A stretch of DNA of 44,897 nt, taken from IMG/VR virus record IMGVR_UViG_2872688378_000003. One strand, 5' to 3'. Source of the stretch: a virus. Lineage: Duplodnaviria > Heunggongvirae > Uroviricota > Caudoviricetes. Made by a program: the position numbers and the translations under genes. The stretch's first letter is position 1; the number at the start of each line of letters is the position of its first letter. Below the pieces are notes generated by a model. The model was not told the origin of the DNA, searched no databases, and saw nothing but the letters and a program-made list of their open reading frames with translations. Below are positions 30,162 through 39,889 of this stretch, in pieces.

Positions 30162-30763
30162 GCAGCCTCACTTCTGCTGTTTCGCAGTTTTTTAAGTTTC
30201 TGTTGATACTCCGCCTTGATGGCCCTGCACTCTTCGACAGTCCAGCGATGGCGGTTATGGTTTGATTCGATTTCGTCTACTGCTTCCTGCCCGATGCGGT
30301 TAATCAGTTCGACGCGATACGGAACGAGATCTCCGCTTTTGTGCTGGTTGCACACCACGCATTGCTTGTGAATATTGCGTTCATCAAATCGGAGTTGAGG
30401 CGCCGCAGCAGTTGTCCGGTAATGCCCGGCATCCCACTGAGCAGACGTGAGCGTTCCGCACGAGATACATGGTAAGTCGCGGTCTCTTTCTCTGATGAAG
30501 GCATTTACGGCTTGTTGGGCTTGTTTAATCCAGTAACTGCGGGGCTTTAAGGCGAGTTTTCGAATCTTCAGTTTATCTTTCTGTTTCTGCTCCTCTCGTC
30601 GTCGTTTCTTCTCTGCTGCTTTTTCCGCTTTTTCGCGTTCTTTACTTCGTCGTTCGAGTGCTAATTGAGTTCCGTGTTCCGGGCAGCACCACCACTGATT
30701 TGAGAATGCCGGGTGAAACCATTCCTTGCATATTTTGCATTTCCTTCGCGCTGGTTTAGCCAT
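30158..30763 (-). CDS. ninG: NinG (Rap) recombination-associated protein
   Basis: 201 aa with Cys-rich N-terminus and basic/acidic repeat region, matches lambda NinG as recalled; no ninH between ninG and ninI. Confidence 0.8.
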   Translation of the reverse strand: MAKPARRKCKICKEWFHPAFSNQWWCCPEHGTQLALERRSKEREKAEKAAEKKRRREEQKQKDKLKIRKLALKPRSYWIKQAQQAVNAFIRERDRDLPCISCGTLTSAQWDAGHYRTTAAAPQLRFDERNIHKQCVVCNQHKSGDLVPYRVELINRIGQEAVDEIESNHNRHRWTVEECRAIKAEYQQKLKKLRNSRSEAA

Positions 30764-30941
30764 CGTCTTCTTCCTCGTACATTGAGCTATTCGGATCGCT
30801 CATCAGTTCTGCACAGCAGTGCTCACACACGTGAACTTCCAGCACATGCAGCTTCTGACCGCAGTTAGCGCACGTTAAAGCCCGCTCGACGCTTTCTTTC
30901 TGGTATTGAAGGGATTGGGATGGGCTAAGCATTATTGGCAT
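30756..30941 (-). CDS. ninF: NinF-like small protein
   Basis: 61 aa; C-terminal part ...[38 protein letters not shown] resembles lambda NinF. Confidence 0.7.
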   Translation of the reverse strand: MPIMLSPSQSLQYQKESVERALTCANCGQKLHVLEVHVCEHCCAELMSDPNSSMYEEEDDG

Positions 30942-31329
30942 CCTGCATCATGAGAAAGACAATCATGGCGGCACGGAGTGGATTGTCATATGCGACACCA
31001 ACATTCGGTCCGGCATCATCAAACAAGTCCCTTGCGTTGTCTGTGGCGCACGGCATTGAGGGATTGTCTAAAATTATGCTGATGTTGTTTTCAGTGATAA
31101 TCGGCCATGCGTCTGCTGGGCTTTTACAGTAATCAACCGTTTTTATTGCATAACCAGTTTCGTCATCCCACTCAACACCAACGATTGATGTTCCCAACTT
31201 TGCGATTTCGCAATCTTCGGGAGCAAATCCACAGCAAATTGCCACTCGCTTGTTAATTTCAAAATCACTTAACTGTGAATAATCCATTGTCATTTCCTCG
31301 CACGATGTCTTAGCCACCGGATATCCCAC
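30925..31329 (-). CDS. Nin-region hypothetical protein (not in lambda)
   Basis: ORF between ninE and ninF; probable start at internal ATG about 31287 ([15 protein letters not shown]...). Confidence 0.55.
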   Translation of the reverse strand: MGYPVAKTSCEEMTMDYSQLSDFEINKRVAICCGFAPEDCEIAKLGTSIVGVEWDDETGYAIKTVDYCKSPADAWPIITENNISIILDNPSMPCATDNARDLFDDAGPNVGVAYDNPLRAAMIVFLMMQDANNA

Positions 31330-31556
31330 AGGTGAGCCGTGTAGTTGAAGGTTTTTACGTCAGATTCTTTTGGGATTGGCTTGCGTTTATTTCTGGAGCG
31401 TTTCGTTGGAAGGTATTTGCAGTTTTCGCAGATGATGTCGGTGATACTTCGTCGCTGTCGTCTCATGCCGCCCTCCTGACGCCCTGCCCGATCGCCATCA
31501 ATGCCGCTTTGGATACGGTAGTAAACATCCGTCGAGGACTGATGAACGGTCGCCAA
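31290..31556 (-). CDS. ninE: NinE
   Basis: C-terminal 58 aa [58 protein letters not shown] matches lambda NinE; true start likely 31466. Confidence 0.8.
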   Translation of the reverse strand: MATVHQSSTDVYYRIQSGIDGDRAGRQEGGMRRQRRSITDIICENCKYLPTKRSRNKRKPIPKESDVKTFNYTAHLWDIRWLRHRARK

Positions 31557-32050
31557 ATCAGCAGCATGGAACCTTTGCTGTTTCCCTTCTTCTCCAGCCC
31601 TGTCGATGGTTCGATAAAATTAATCCGTCCATCAGTGATGATGCGAACTTCGTCAATACTCTCCAGAGCCTTGCTGAACCATCCGACTGACATATCCTCT
31701 GGCACAAGCATAACTACCGTCTGTCGCTGTTGTATGCACTGCTCAGCGGCTTTTTCCACCCACGGCCTGATATTGCTGTACGGTGGGTTATTCCAGATTG
31801 CACCGTGGCTTATCCACTCAGAATTTAGCGCGTCGTCGGCCTCAGTTAACCAGTGAGCGCACAGAGCATTTTTGTCGCTCGCTGCCGAATCCAGCCAGAA
31901 TCCAAACTCAATATCCAGTGCATCAAAAAGCCAAAGCGGCGTTTGCCAGCAGTCCTTGTCGTGTGCTGGCGTATTTGATTTGATAGTCATGCAGCCCGAT
32001 CTCCCCATCTCGCTTTCCATTCCAGAGCCAGTCGCGCTTCGTCTGACCAC
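31463..32050 (-). CDS. DNA N6-adenine methyltransferase (phage Dam-like)
   Basis: Contains catalytic motif IV NPPY (…IWNNPPYSN…); likely start at 31990 overlapping the ninB stop (ATGA). Confidence 0.7.
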   Translation of the reverse strand: MVRRSATGSGMESEMGRSGCMTIKSNTPAHDKDCWQTPLWLFDALDIEFGFWLDSAASDKNALCAHWLTEADDALNSEWISHGAIWNNPPYSNIRPWVEKAAEQCIQQRQTVVMLVPEDMSVGWFSKALESIDEVRIITDGRINFIEPSTGLEKKGNSKGSMLLIWRPFISPRRMFTTVSKAALMAIGQGVRRAA

Positions 32051-32505
32051 TTAACGCCACGCTCTGTACCGAATGCCTGTATAAGCTCTAATAACTCCGC
32101 AAATTCGCTTACACGCATCCTGCTGGTTGACTGGCCTATTACCACAAAGCCATTCCCGGCAAGGTTAGGAACAACGTCCTGCTGCTTTAATGCTGCGGTA
32201 AACACACACTTCCAGCTTTCTGCATCCAGCCAGCGACCATGCCATTCAACCTGACGAGAGACGTCACCAAGGCAAGCCCAAAGCTTTCGATTCTGGTCTA
32301 AGCTGCGGTTGCGTTCCTGAATGGTTACTACGATTGGTTTGGTTGGGTCTGGAAGAATTTGCTGTACTGCGTGAATAGCGTTTTGCTGATGTGCTGGAGA
32401 TCGAATTTCAAAGGTTAGTTTTTTCATGACTTCCCTCTCCCCCCAAATAAAAAGGCCTGCGATTATCAGCAGGCCTGTTATTAACTCAGTGATGTAGATG
32501 GTCAT
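31987..32505 (-). CDS. ninB: NinB (recombination mediator, lambda ORF146)
   Basis: Translation from [31 protein letters not shown]... matches lambda NinB; real start about 32427, the upstream in-frame stretch spans a terminator hairpin. Confidence 0.85.
   Translation of the reverse strand: MTIYITELITGLLIIAGLFIWGEREVMKKLTFEIRSPAHQQNAIHAVQQILPDPTKPIVVTIQERNRSLDQNRKLWACLGDVSRQVEWHGRWLDAESWKCVFTAALKQQDVVPNLAGNGFVVIGQSTSRMRVSEFAELLELIQAFGTERGVKWSDEARLALEWKARWGDRAA
32441..32479 (-). terminator. tR2-like rho-independent terminator between replication and nin genes
   Basis: Perfect 8-bp stem AGGCCTGC / GCAGGCCT with 8-nt loop; on minus strand followed by TTTTTATTTGGGG. Confidence 0.7.
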
Positions 32506-33878
32506 ACGTCAGCCCCTTGTGCATATCGTCTGCCACGCGCAGCAGGTGCATTTGATGCTGTGCAAATCTGTCTGGCTTCATCCTGGTCACATGCAACAAA
32601 GTGTCCGTTGCAGAACCGCTGGTAAACCGTACCAAGTGAGCCAAAACGGTTTTTCGTCACGATGATTTCAGCAAATGGCGCGGCGCTACTGTTCTCGTCA
32701 TATACCGCTTCCCGATAGAGCATGATGATTGAGTCTGCGTCCTGCTCAATGCTTCCTGAATCACGCAAATCTGCGTTTGTCGGGCGTTTGTTTGGTCGCT
32801 TCTCAACATCGCGCGAAAGCTGACTCAGGGAGATAACCGGTGTTTTCAGGTCTTTCGCCATCGCCTTCAGGCTTCCGGAGATGTGAGCAATTGCGAGGTC
32901 GTTGCGGTCTGCTTTCGGCTTCTCAATCAGGCCAAGATAATCCGCCATGATGAGTGAGAGGTTTGGATTTTCCTGTTTGTGCCGTTCTGCGATTGAGCGT
33001 ATTTCTTCGACCGATAACCGCGAGGCATCGACTACCCATACATCCAAATCTGCAAGCTGACTCATGCCGTTAGCAACACGCGCCCAGCCTTCGTCATCCA
33101 TCGATGCAGGATTTCGCAGTACGCTAACCGACATCCTCCCGGCGTTGGCAATGCTTCGCTCTGCAATCTGCAATGCGCTCATTTCCATTGAGAAAATCAA
33201 TACTCCGCGCCGAACGTCAGAACCAGGAATAACGCGGCTTGCAACGCCTTCGGCAATCTTCAGCGCCAGCTCGGTTTTACCCATACCAGGACGAGCGGCG
33301 ATTATCACCAGGTCTTCCGCGTTCATCCCTCCGGTGATGGCATCAAGTTCTTCGATTCCGGTCTTCAGGGTATCGGACTCTTCTCCGTTCCTCAGACGCC
33401 TGTCAAGCGTGTCAGTGTAGTCGGTGATGATTTCCCCTAACCGTACAGGTTTAACCTCGTCACGGGGCTTTCTGATGGATGAAAGACGCTTTACAAGTTC
33501 ATCCATCGCCTGACTCGATGCGTCGATGGTTCCGCTCTGAATTGGTTCACGCATTTCATCCATGATTTCCAGCACCAGACGGCGGTGATAGTTATCCGCG
33601 ACCATTCCGGCATATCCCTTCAGGTTTGCGGCACTCGGGCAGTTTTTGCTGGTCATCAGGATTGACGTGAAATGCTCCTCTCCGCACGCCTCGGCAACCA
33701 TCAGCGCGTCGATTAGGTTTCTGTTTCTCGCCTGCTTCCTGATAACCTCGAAGGCTTTCCGGTAGAGCGGAATTGAAAACGCTTCCGGCTCAAGCGTTGC
33801 CAGAACGTCGCTGGCGGTTGGCGTTAATCCACCAATCAGCAGACCGCCGATAACGCTCGCTTCGATATCCTGTCTCAT
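32502..33878 (-). CDS. Replicative DNA helicase (DnaB family)
   Basis: 458 aa with Walker A GMGKT (…[12 protein letters not shown]…) and DnaB-like C-terminal motifs; downstream of O-like gene in place of lambda P. Confidence 0.8.
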   Translation of the reverse strand: MRQDIEASVIGGLLIGGLTPTASDVLATLEPEAFSIPLYRKAFEVIRKQARNRNLIDALMVAEACGEEHFTSILMTSKNCPSAANLKGYAGMVADNYHRRLVLEIMDEMREPIQSGTIDASSQAMDELVKRLSSIRKPRDEVKPVRLGEIITDYTDTLDRRLRNGEESDTLKTGIEELDAITGGMNAEDLVIIAARPGMGKTELALKIAEGVASRVIPGSDVRRGVLIFSMEMSALQIAERSIANAGRMSVSVLRNPASMDDEGWARVANGMSQLADLDVWVVDASRLSVEEIRSIAERHKQENPNLSLIMADYLGLIEKPKADRNDLAIAHISGSLKAMAKDLKTPVISLSQLSRDVEKRPNKRPTNADLRDSGSIEQDADSIIMLYREAVYDENSSAAPFAEIIVTKNRFGSLGTVYQRFCNGHFVACDQDEARQICTASNAPAARGRRYAQGADV

Positions 33879-34696
33879 GCAATCCCCCTGTCTGCAAACT
33901 TCCCTTCACGAACTCCCGTTAACGAATCTTCTCTCAGCAGGTAATCAAAATCGGCCGTCCAGCCCGTGTCGTTGTCTCCGAAGTAAAACGGCTTGGCCTG
34001 ATGCACAAACGCCCTGACATACGCCCTGAAACCGTCCACGTTTGGCGTTTTCAGTTGCGGGATGATTTTCTTCAGGCGGCGTTTGCGTTTCTCGTTGACC
34101 GCAACAGCGTGTGGAAGTCTGTCACCGACTTCGGTGTTGTAGGCGTTCAGGAAGGATTCGTAGTCGATTCGTTCTGCCTTGCGACGTTCAGGTTTAACCT
34201 GCCCATCGCCGCCCCCGTTAGGGGGTAAGGGGGTATTTGTATTTATTGTCTTTTGTATATTGTCTTTTGTGTTTAGCTGACTTGGCTTATACCCATTAGC
34301 CGACTTGGCTAATGTTTTATTAGCTGTTTTGGCTAATGTTAAGCTGTCCTGGCTAATCCACTGCGAAACCACCTTGTTCACTCCGATTTTCACGCCATCA
34401 GCAATGAGGAATTTACGCTCAATAAGCTGGCGCTTGGCAGCGCAAACATGAGTGTGATGAATACCTGTCATGGCTGCTATCTGCGTGTTTGTGAGTCGAT
34501 CCATCGGCTTATTGAATCCATATGTCTTGCGCATGATAGCGAGCATCACCTTCAACTGCCGGACGGTTAAATCAGCCATCAGCAGACTGTCGGTAATCTC
34601 GTTAGCAACGCGCATGAAACCATCTTCGGTGTCTGCCACGCGATGCTCCACGACCTCCAGTTGAGGCCTGTAATCAGCTAACTTAACGACGCCCAT
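33875..34696 (-). CDS. Replication initiator, lambda O-like
   Basis: N-terminal region ...[37 protein letters not shown]... resembles lambda O N-domain; internal iterons encode repeated [15 protein letters not shown] linker. Confidence 0.75.
   Translation of the reverse strand: MGVVKLADYRPQLEVVEHRVADTEDGFMRVANEITDSLLMADLTVRQLKVMLAIMRKTYGFNKPMDRLTNTQIAAMTGIHHTHVCAAKRQLIERKFLIADGVKIGVNKVVSQWISQDSLTLAKTANKTLAKSANGYKPSQLNTKDNIQKTINTNTPLPPNGGGDGQVKPERRKAERIDYESFLNAYNTEVGDRLPHAVAVNEKRKRRLKKIIPQLKTPNVDGFRAYVRAFVHQAKPFYFGDNDTGWTADFDYLLREDSLTGVREGKFADRGIA
34230..34358. repeat. Replication origin: four about 19-bp iterons plus adjacent AT-rich region inside the O-like gene
   Basis: Direct repeats TTAGCTGACTTGGCTTATACC / TTAGCCGACTTGGCTAATG / TTAGCTGTTTTGGCTAATG / AAGCTGTCCTGGCTAATCC at 34272-34358, next to AT-rich GTATTTGTATTTATTGTCTTTTGTATATTGTCTTTTGTG. 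Confidence 0.75.
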
Positions 34697-34889
34697 GTTT
34701 CACTCCTGCTTTGGCTAGTCTGTAAACACCAACAAGGCGCTCTGCGAACGCCCTGTTATTTGCTGCGGCTACCACTAATCCCTCATGTGAATCAGGGTGT
34801 CGAATCTCTTCTTTTTCCTGGTATTTCTTACGACGTTTTGTCATAATTACTCCTGTGGATTGATCCAGTCTTTCTACATCAGGCCTCAA
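34683..34889 (-). CDS. Small hypothetical ORF in the cII-O intergenic region
   Basis: 68-aa ORF (53 aa from internal ATG); basic protein; overlaps O start; may be non-coding. Confidence 0.25.
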   Translation of the reverse strand: MRPDVERLDQSTGVIMTKRRKKYQEKEEIRHPDSHEGLVVAAANNRAFAERLVGVYRLAKAGVKHGRR

Positions 34890-34920
34890 AACTGTTGCAG
34901 CAGTCTTGAGGCTTTTCTTT
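34838..34920 (+). ncRNA. Candidate oop-like antisense RNA (promoter-like hexamers to terminator)
   Basis: Plus-strand hairpin GCCTCAA...TTGAGGC followed by TTTTCTTTT at 34882-34920, overlapping the 3' end of cII on the opposite strand; upstream CATAAT (34842-34847) as possible -10. Confidence 0.35.
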
Positions 34921-35217
34921 TGTCAGCACCATGGCTACTTTCTTTGCCAGCTCTGCTAATTCCTCGTCTTCAACACCCCACTCCAGCACAGCCAGAAGCA
35001 TGGCCATCTTTGGGATAAAGCTGTCTTTCCATCGCGAAATTTGCGATTCATTAATCCCTAATGCATCAGCAACCTTTCGCTGACCACGTACAGCAATTCG
35101 ATTCAGGATGTTGCTTGTAATTGCATTCGCTTTCTTGCGAGTACTTGTAAGTTGCATATGTAAGTATTTCCTTAGATAACAATTGATTGAATGTATGCAA
35201 ATAAATGCATACACCAT
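34879..35217 (-). CDS. cII: CII transcriptional activator (variant allele)
   Basis: Conserved core ...SQISRWK...IPK...MLLAVLEWGV...; likely true start at 35157, where the upstream SD region is lambda-identical (TAAGGAAATACTTACAT ATG). Confidence 0.8.
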   Translation of the reverse strand: MVYAFICIHSINCYLRKYLHMQLTSTRKKANAITSNILNRIAVRGQRKVADALGINESQISRWKDSFIPKMAMLLAVLEWGVEDEELAELAKKVAMVLTKEKPQDCCNSFEA

Positions 35218-35236
35218 AGGTGTGGTTTAATTTGAT

Positions 35237-35268
35237 GCCCTTTTTCAGGGCTGGGATGTGTAAGAGCG
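35237..35268 (-). promoter_or_regulatory. nutR (boxA CGCTCTTA, boxB GCCCTGAAAAAGGGC) with adjacent tR1
   Basis: Reverse complement of 35237-35268 gives boxA and boxB in lambda arrangement between cro and cII. Confidence 0.8.
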
Positions 35269-35275
35269 GGGTTAT

Positions 35276-35485
<210 letters not shown>

Positions 35486-35502
35486 TTAGTACATGCAACC
35501 AT

Positions 35503-35565
35503 TATCACCGCCAGAGGTAAAATAGTCAACACGCACGGTGTTAGATATTTATCCCTTGCGGTGAT
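35503..35565. promoter_or_regulatory. Right operator OR1-OR2-OR3 with divergent promoters pR and pRM
   Basis: 17-bp operators TATCACCGCCAGAGGTA (35503-35519), CAACACGCACGGTGTTA (35527-35543), TATCCCTTGCGGTGATA (35549-35565). Confidence 0.9.
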
Positions 35566-35573
35566 AGATTTAA

Positions 35574-36290
<717 letters not shown>

Positions 36291-36402
36291 TCGGCAAGGT
36301 GTTCTGGTCGGCGCATAGCTGATAACAATTGAGCAAGAATCTTCATCGAATTAGGGGAATTTTCACTCCCCTCAGAACATAACATAGTAAATGGATTGAA
36401 TT

Positions 36403-37242
36403 ATGAAGAATGGTTTTTATGCGACTTACCGCAGCAAAAATAAAGGGAAAGATAAGCGCTCAATAAACCTGTCTGTTTTCCTTAATTCTCTGCTGGCTGA
36501 TAATCATCACCTGCAGGTTGGCTCCAATTATTTGTATATTCATAAAATCGATGGAAAAACTTTTCTCTTTACCAAAACAAATGACAAGAGTCTGGTTCAG
36601 AAGATAAATCGCTCTAAAGCTTCAGTTGAAGATATTAAGAACAGCCTCGCAGATGACGAATCATTGGGATTCCCATCTTTTTTGTTTGTTGAAGGCGACA
36701 CCATTGGTTTTGCCAGAACTGTTTTCGGGCCGACCACATCCGATCTGACAGATTTTTTAATCGGGAAAGGAATGTCATTAAGCAGTGGAGAGCGCGTTCA
36801 GATAGAGCCACTGATGAGGGGAACCACCAAAGACGATGTTATGCATATGCATTTCATCGGCCGAACAACGGTGAAGGTAGAAGCCAAGCTACCTGTATTT
36901 GGCGATATATTAAAGGTCTTAGGGGCAACAGATATTGAAGGGGAGCTTTTTGACTCATTGGATATAGTCATTAAGCCAAAATTTAAAAGGGATATAAAAA
37001 AGGTTGCCAAGGATATTATTTTTAACCCGTCACCTCAATTTTCAGACATTAGCCTGCGGGCAAAAGATGAGGCCGGAGATATTTTAACAGAACATTATCT
37101 ATCAGAAAAAGGCCATCTCTCAGCGCCTCTGAACAAGGTCACCAATGCTGAGATAGCTGAAGAGATGGCATATTGCTACGCAAGAATGAAAAGTGATATA
37201 CTGGAATGTTTTAAAAGGCAGGTGGGCAAAGTTAAGGATTAA
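36403..37242 (+). CDS. rexA: RexA, abortive-infection/exclusion system component
   Basis: 279-aa translation MKNGFYATYRSKNKGKDKRSINLSVFLNSLLADNHHLQ... matches lambda RexA. Confidence 0.9.
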   Translation: MKNGFYATYRSKNKGKDKRSINLSVFLNSLLADNHHLQVGSNYLYIHKIDGKTFLFTKTNDKSLVQKINRSKASVEDIKNSLADDESLGFPSFLFVEGDTIGFARTVFGPTTSDLTDFLIGKGMSLSSGERVQIEPLMRGTTKDDVMHMHFIGRTTVKVEAKLPVFGDILKVLGATDIEGELFDSLDIVIKPKFKRDIKKVAKDIIFNPSPQFSDISLRAKDEAGDILTEHYLSEKGHLSAPLNKVTNAEIAEEMAYCYARMKSDILECFKRQVGKVKD

Positions 37243-37257
37243 TTATCAGGAGTAATT

Positions 37258-37692
37258 ATGCGGAACAGAATCATGCCTGGTGTTTACATAGTAATAATTC
37301 CTTACGTTATCGTAAGCATTTGCTATCTCCTTTTCCGCCACTACATTCCTGGTGTTTCTTTTTCAGCTCATAGAGATGGTCTTGGGGCGACATTGTCATC
37401 ATATGCAGGAACCATGATTGCAATCCTGATTGCTGCCTTGACGTTTCTAATCGGAAGCAGAACGCGCCGACTGGCCAAGATTAGAGAGTATGGGTATATG
37501 ACATCGGTAGTTATTGTCTATGCCCTTAGTTTTGTTGAGCTTGGAGCTTTGTTTTTCTGCGGGTTATTGCTTCTTTCCAGCATAAGCGGCTACATGATAC
37601 CCACTATCGCCATCGGCATTGCCTCTGCATCGTTCATTCATATATGCATCCTTGTTTTCCAACTATATAATTTGACCAGAGAACAAGAATAA
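37258..37692 (+). CDS. rexB: RexB, membrane component of Rex exclusion system
   Basis: 144-aa hydrophobic multi-TM protein matching lambda RexB. Confidence 0.9.
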   Translation: MRNRIMPGVYIVIIPYVIVSICYLLFRHYIPGVSFSAHRDGLGATLSSYAGTMIAILIAALTFLIGSRTRRLAKIREYGYMTSVVIVYALSFVELGALFFCGLLLLSSISGYMIPTIAIGIASASFIHICILVFQLYNLTREQE

Positions 37693-37696
37693 CCCG

Positions 37697-37722
37697 GCCT
37701 CAGCGCCGGGTTTTCTTTGCCT
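37697..37722 (+). terminator. timm-like terminator after the cI-rexA-rexB operon
   Basis: Hairpin CCCGGC-ctcagc-GCCGGG followed by TTTTCTTTG directly after the rexB stop. Confidence 0.7.
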
Positions 37723-37865
37723 CACGATCGCCCCCAAAACACATAACCAATTGTATTTATTGAAAAATAAATAGATACAACTCACTAAACATAGCAATTC
37801 AGATCTCTCACCTACCAAACAATGCCCCCCTGCAAAAAATAAATTCATATAAAAAACATACAGAT

Positions 37866-37928
37866 AACCATCTGCGGTGATAAATTATCTCTGGCGGTGT
37901 TGACATAAATACCACTGGCGGTGATACT
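37866..37928 (+). promoter_or_regulatory. Left operator OL3-OL2-OL1 and promoter pL
   Basis: Operators AACCATCTGCGGTGATA, TATCTCTGGCGGTGTTG, TACCACTGGCGGTGATA; -35 TTGACA 37900-37905, -10 GATACT 37923-37928. Confidence 0.9.
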
Positions 37929-37967
37929 GAGCGCATCAGCAGGACGCACTGACCACCATGAAGGTGA

Positions 37968-37998
37968 CGCTCTTAAAAATTAAGCCCTGAAGAAGGGC
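37968..37998 (+). promoter_or_regulatory. nutL (boxA CGCTCTTA, boxB GCCCTGAAGAAGGGC)
   Basis: Exact boxA at 37968-37975 and boxB hairpin at 37984-37998 in the pL leader. Confidence 0.85.
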
Positions 37999-38078
37999 AG
38001 CATTCAAAGCAGAAGGCTTTGGGGTGTGTGATACGAAACGAAGCATTGGCCGGAAGTGCGATTCCGGATTAGCTGCCA

Positions 38079-38489
38079 ATGTGCCAATCGCGGGGGGTTT
38101 TCGTTCAGGACTACAACTGCCACACACCACCAAAGCTAACTGACAGGAGAATCCAGATGGATGCACAAACACGCCGCCGCGAACGTCGCGCAGAGAAACA
38201 GGCTCAATGGAAAGCAGCAAATCCCCTGTTGGTTGGGGTAAGCGCAAAACCAGTTAACCGCCCTATTCTCTCGCTGAATCGCAAACCGAAATCACGAGTA
38301 GAAAGCGCACTGAATCCGATAGACCTTACGGTGCTGGCTGAATACCACGAACAGATTGAAAGCAACCTGCAACGTATTGAGCGCAAGAATCAGCGCACAT
38401 GGTACAGCAAGCCACGCAGTGAAATGGGTGTGACATGCTCAGGCCGCCAGAAGCAACGCGGAAAATCAATTCCAGCTTATTACGATTGA
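38079..38489 (+). CDS. N: Antiterminator N
   Basis: Translation from ATG at 38157: MDAQTRRRERRAEKQAQWKAANPLLVGVSAKPVNRPILSLNRKPKSRVESALNPIDLTVLAEYH... matches lambda N (C-terminus slightly divergent); ORF-track start 38079 is upstream of the true start. Confidence 0.9.
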   Translation: MCQSRGVFVQDYNCHTPPKLTDRRIQMDAQTRRRERRAEKQAQWKAANPLLVGVSAKPVNRPILSLNRKPKSRVESALNPIDLTVLAEYHEQIESNLQRIERKNQRTWYSKPRSEMGVTCSGRQKQRGKSIPAYYD

Positions 38490-38493
38490 GGTG

Positions 38494-38631
38494 AGCCATG
38501 CTCAAGAAAGTCAAACGCCGACTTTACAAAGAAGGTAGATATTCATGCCAGTTGCCAAAATGCGACACAACAAAATGGAGTGTCGATGATTGGTGTAACT
38601 GGATAGATAGATACGGAACTTGGTGGGATAA
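38494..38631 (+). CDS. Small hypothetical protein (45 aa), below ORF-track cutoff
   Basis: Hand translation MLKKVKRRLYKEGRYSCQLPKCDTTKWSVDDWCNWIDRYGTWWDK; ATG 5 nt after N stop with SD-like GGTGAG. Confidence 0.35.
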
Positions 38632-38689
38632 ATAACAGGTAACTTAAGCGGATTTACTTTCGCAGCAAACCACTTATTTGAGGTGAGAT

Positions 38690-39160
38690 ATGACAAAATC
38701 ATGGAGCGTACCTTTTCCTGAATCAGAAACTGAACATGATGGAATGCCTGTTTTCTGGAGATTCCAGTCGACAGTTGAAGAAGATGGGATAAAAATATTC
38801 GCACTTCAATATATAGCTTTTCATCAGACAGAGCATTATGCATGGTTGGTTCCTGCGCATTGGGTTGTTGATTTTAAACCAGCACCAAATCAGTGGTTAC
38901 AGGAATGGAAACAAAGGAGAAATAGATATGCAATTAAGAAAGTAGCAAAAAATGCAGAAAGATCTTTTGCATTCCCAACGAAGAAACTTGCTATTGAAAG
39001 TTTATTGCGCCGGAAGAAATACCATTTAATGAGAATCAAACAAGATTTGGCTGTTGTATCAACTCTTGTTGATGGGATGAAGAATATTGATACATCAACA
39101 CCAGATATTGAATATAACTTTGGGCACAACCAAGAAACAGAAAATTGGGTATTTTATTAG
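38690..39160 (+). CDS. Hypothetical protein in N-proximal accessory position (156 aa)
   Basis: AT-rich (about 35-38 percent GC) ORF directly downstream of N, hydrophilic, no family recognised. Confidence 0.55.
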   Translation: MTKSWSVPFPESETEHDGMPVFWRFQSTVEEDGIKIFALQYIAFHQTEHYAWLVPAHWVVDFKPAPNQWLQEWKQRRNRYAIKKVAKNAERSFAFPTKKLAIESLLRRKKYHLMRIKQDLAVVSTLVDGMKNIDTSTPDIEYNFGHNQETENWVFY

Positions 39161-39264
39161 TACGAGTAAGCACTGTGTATTCATTCCAACGAGTGAATAC
39201 ACGGAGCAATGTCGCTCGTAACTAAACAGGAGCCGACTTGTTCTGATTATTGGAAATCTTCTTT

Positions 39265-39291
39265 GCCCTCCAATGTGAGGGCGATTTTTTA
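39265..39291 (+). terminator. Rho-independent terminator after the 156-aa gene
   Basis: Stem GCCCTC / GAGGGC with loop CAATGT followed by GATTTTTTAT; preceded by a second hairpin GTGTATTCA...TGAATACAC at 39175-39202. Confidence 0.7.
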
Positions 39292-39310
39292 TCTATGAGG
39301 ATATGAATAG

Positions 39311-39679
39311 ATGTCAAACATCAAAAAATACATCATTGATTACGACTGGAAAGCGTCAATAGAAATTGAAATCGACCATGACGTAATGACAGAGGAAAAA
39401 CTTCACCAGATTAATAATTTCTGGTCAGACTCTGAATACCGACTCAATAAACACGGCGCTGTATTAAATGCTGTATTAATCATGCTGGCGCAACATGCTC
39501 TGCTTATAGCAATTTCGAAAGACTTAAATGCATATGGTGTTGTTTGTGAGTTCGACTGGGATGATGGAAATGGTCAGGAAGGATGGCCTCCAATGGATGG
39601 TAGTGAAGGAATAAGAATTACCGATATCGATACATCAGGAATATTTGATTCAGATGATATGACTATCAAAGCCGCCTGA
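39311..39679 (+). CDS. Hypothetical acidic protein (122 aa)
   Basis: ORF with SD upstream (GAGGATATGAATAGATG); acidic C-terminus; no family confidently recognised. Confidence 0.5.
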   Translation: MSNIKKYIIDYDWKASIEIEIDHDVMTEEKLHQINNFWSDSEYRLNKHGAVLNAVLIMLAQHALLIAISKDLNAYGVVCEFDWDDGNGQEGWPPMDGSEGIRITDIDTSGIFDSDDMTIKAA

Positions 39680-39703
39680 GCGCGGCTTTACCGCATACCA
39701 ATA

Positions 39704-39889
39704 ATGCTTCACCAGAGGCATTTTCGTTATGCAATCAAATATAAGGAGTTACCCATGATGCACTTTCAGCTCGCGGGTAGCGGCGTCATGTCCGCTTTCT
39801 ACCCGCACGAATCTGAATTATCACGCCGAGTTAAACAATTAATCAGAGCAGCAAAGAAACAACTGGAGGCGTTATGCGCAATGAAATAG
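39704..39889 (+). CDS. CIII-like protease-inhibitor protein
   Basis: From internal ATG about 39755: MMHFQLAGSGVMSAFYPHESELSRRVKQLIRAAKKQL resembles the CIII amphipathic core (AIAG...PSESLLxRxTRxLRxGW). Confidence 0.5.
   Translation: MLHQRHFRYAIKYKELPMMHFQLAGSGVMSAFYPHESELSRRVKQLIRAAKKQLEALCAMK

Noticed and set aside
32428-32505. Hydrophobic 26-aa in-frame N-terminal extension of ninB ([26 protein letters not shown])
   Set aside because: The stretch spans the tR2-like terminator hairpin, and lambda NinB begins at MKKLTFEIR; the extension is most likely non-coding.
34272-34358. Possible CRISPR-like repeat array
   Set aside because: Only four repeats, imperfect, with no spacer-like unique sequences and no cas genes; they are replication-origin iterons inside the initiator gene.
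38511-38843. 110-aa minus-strand ORF antisense to the region downstream of N
   Set aside because: Lies opposite well-supported plus-strand ORFs in AT-rich DNA, low-complexity translation and no RBS; most likely a shadow ORF.
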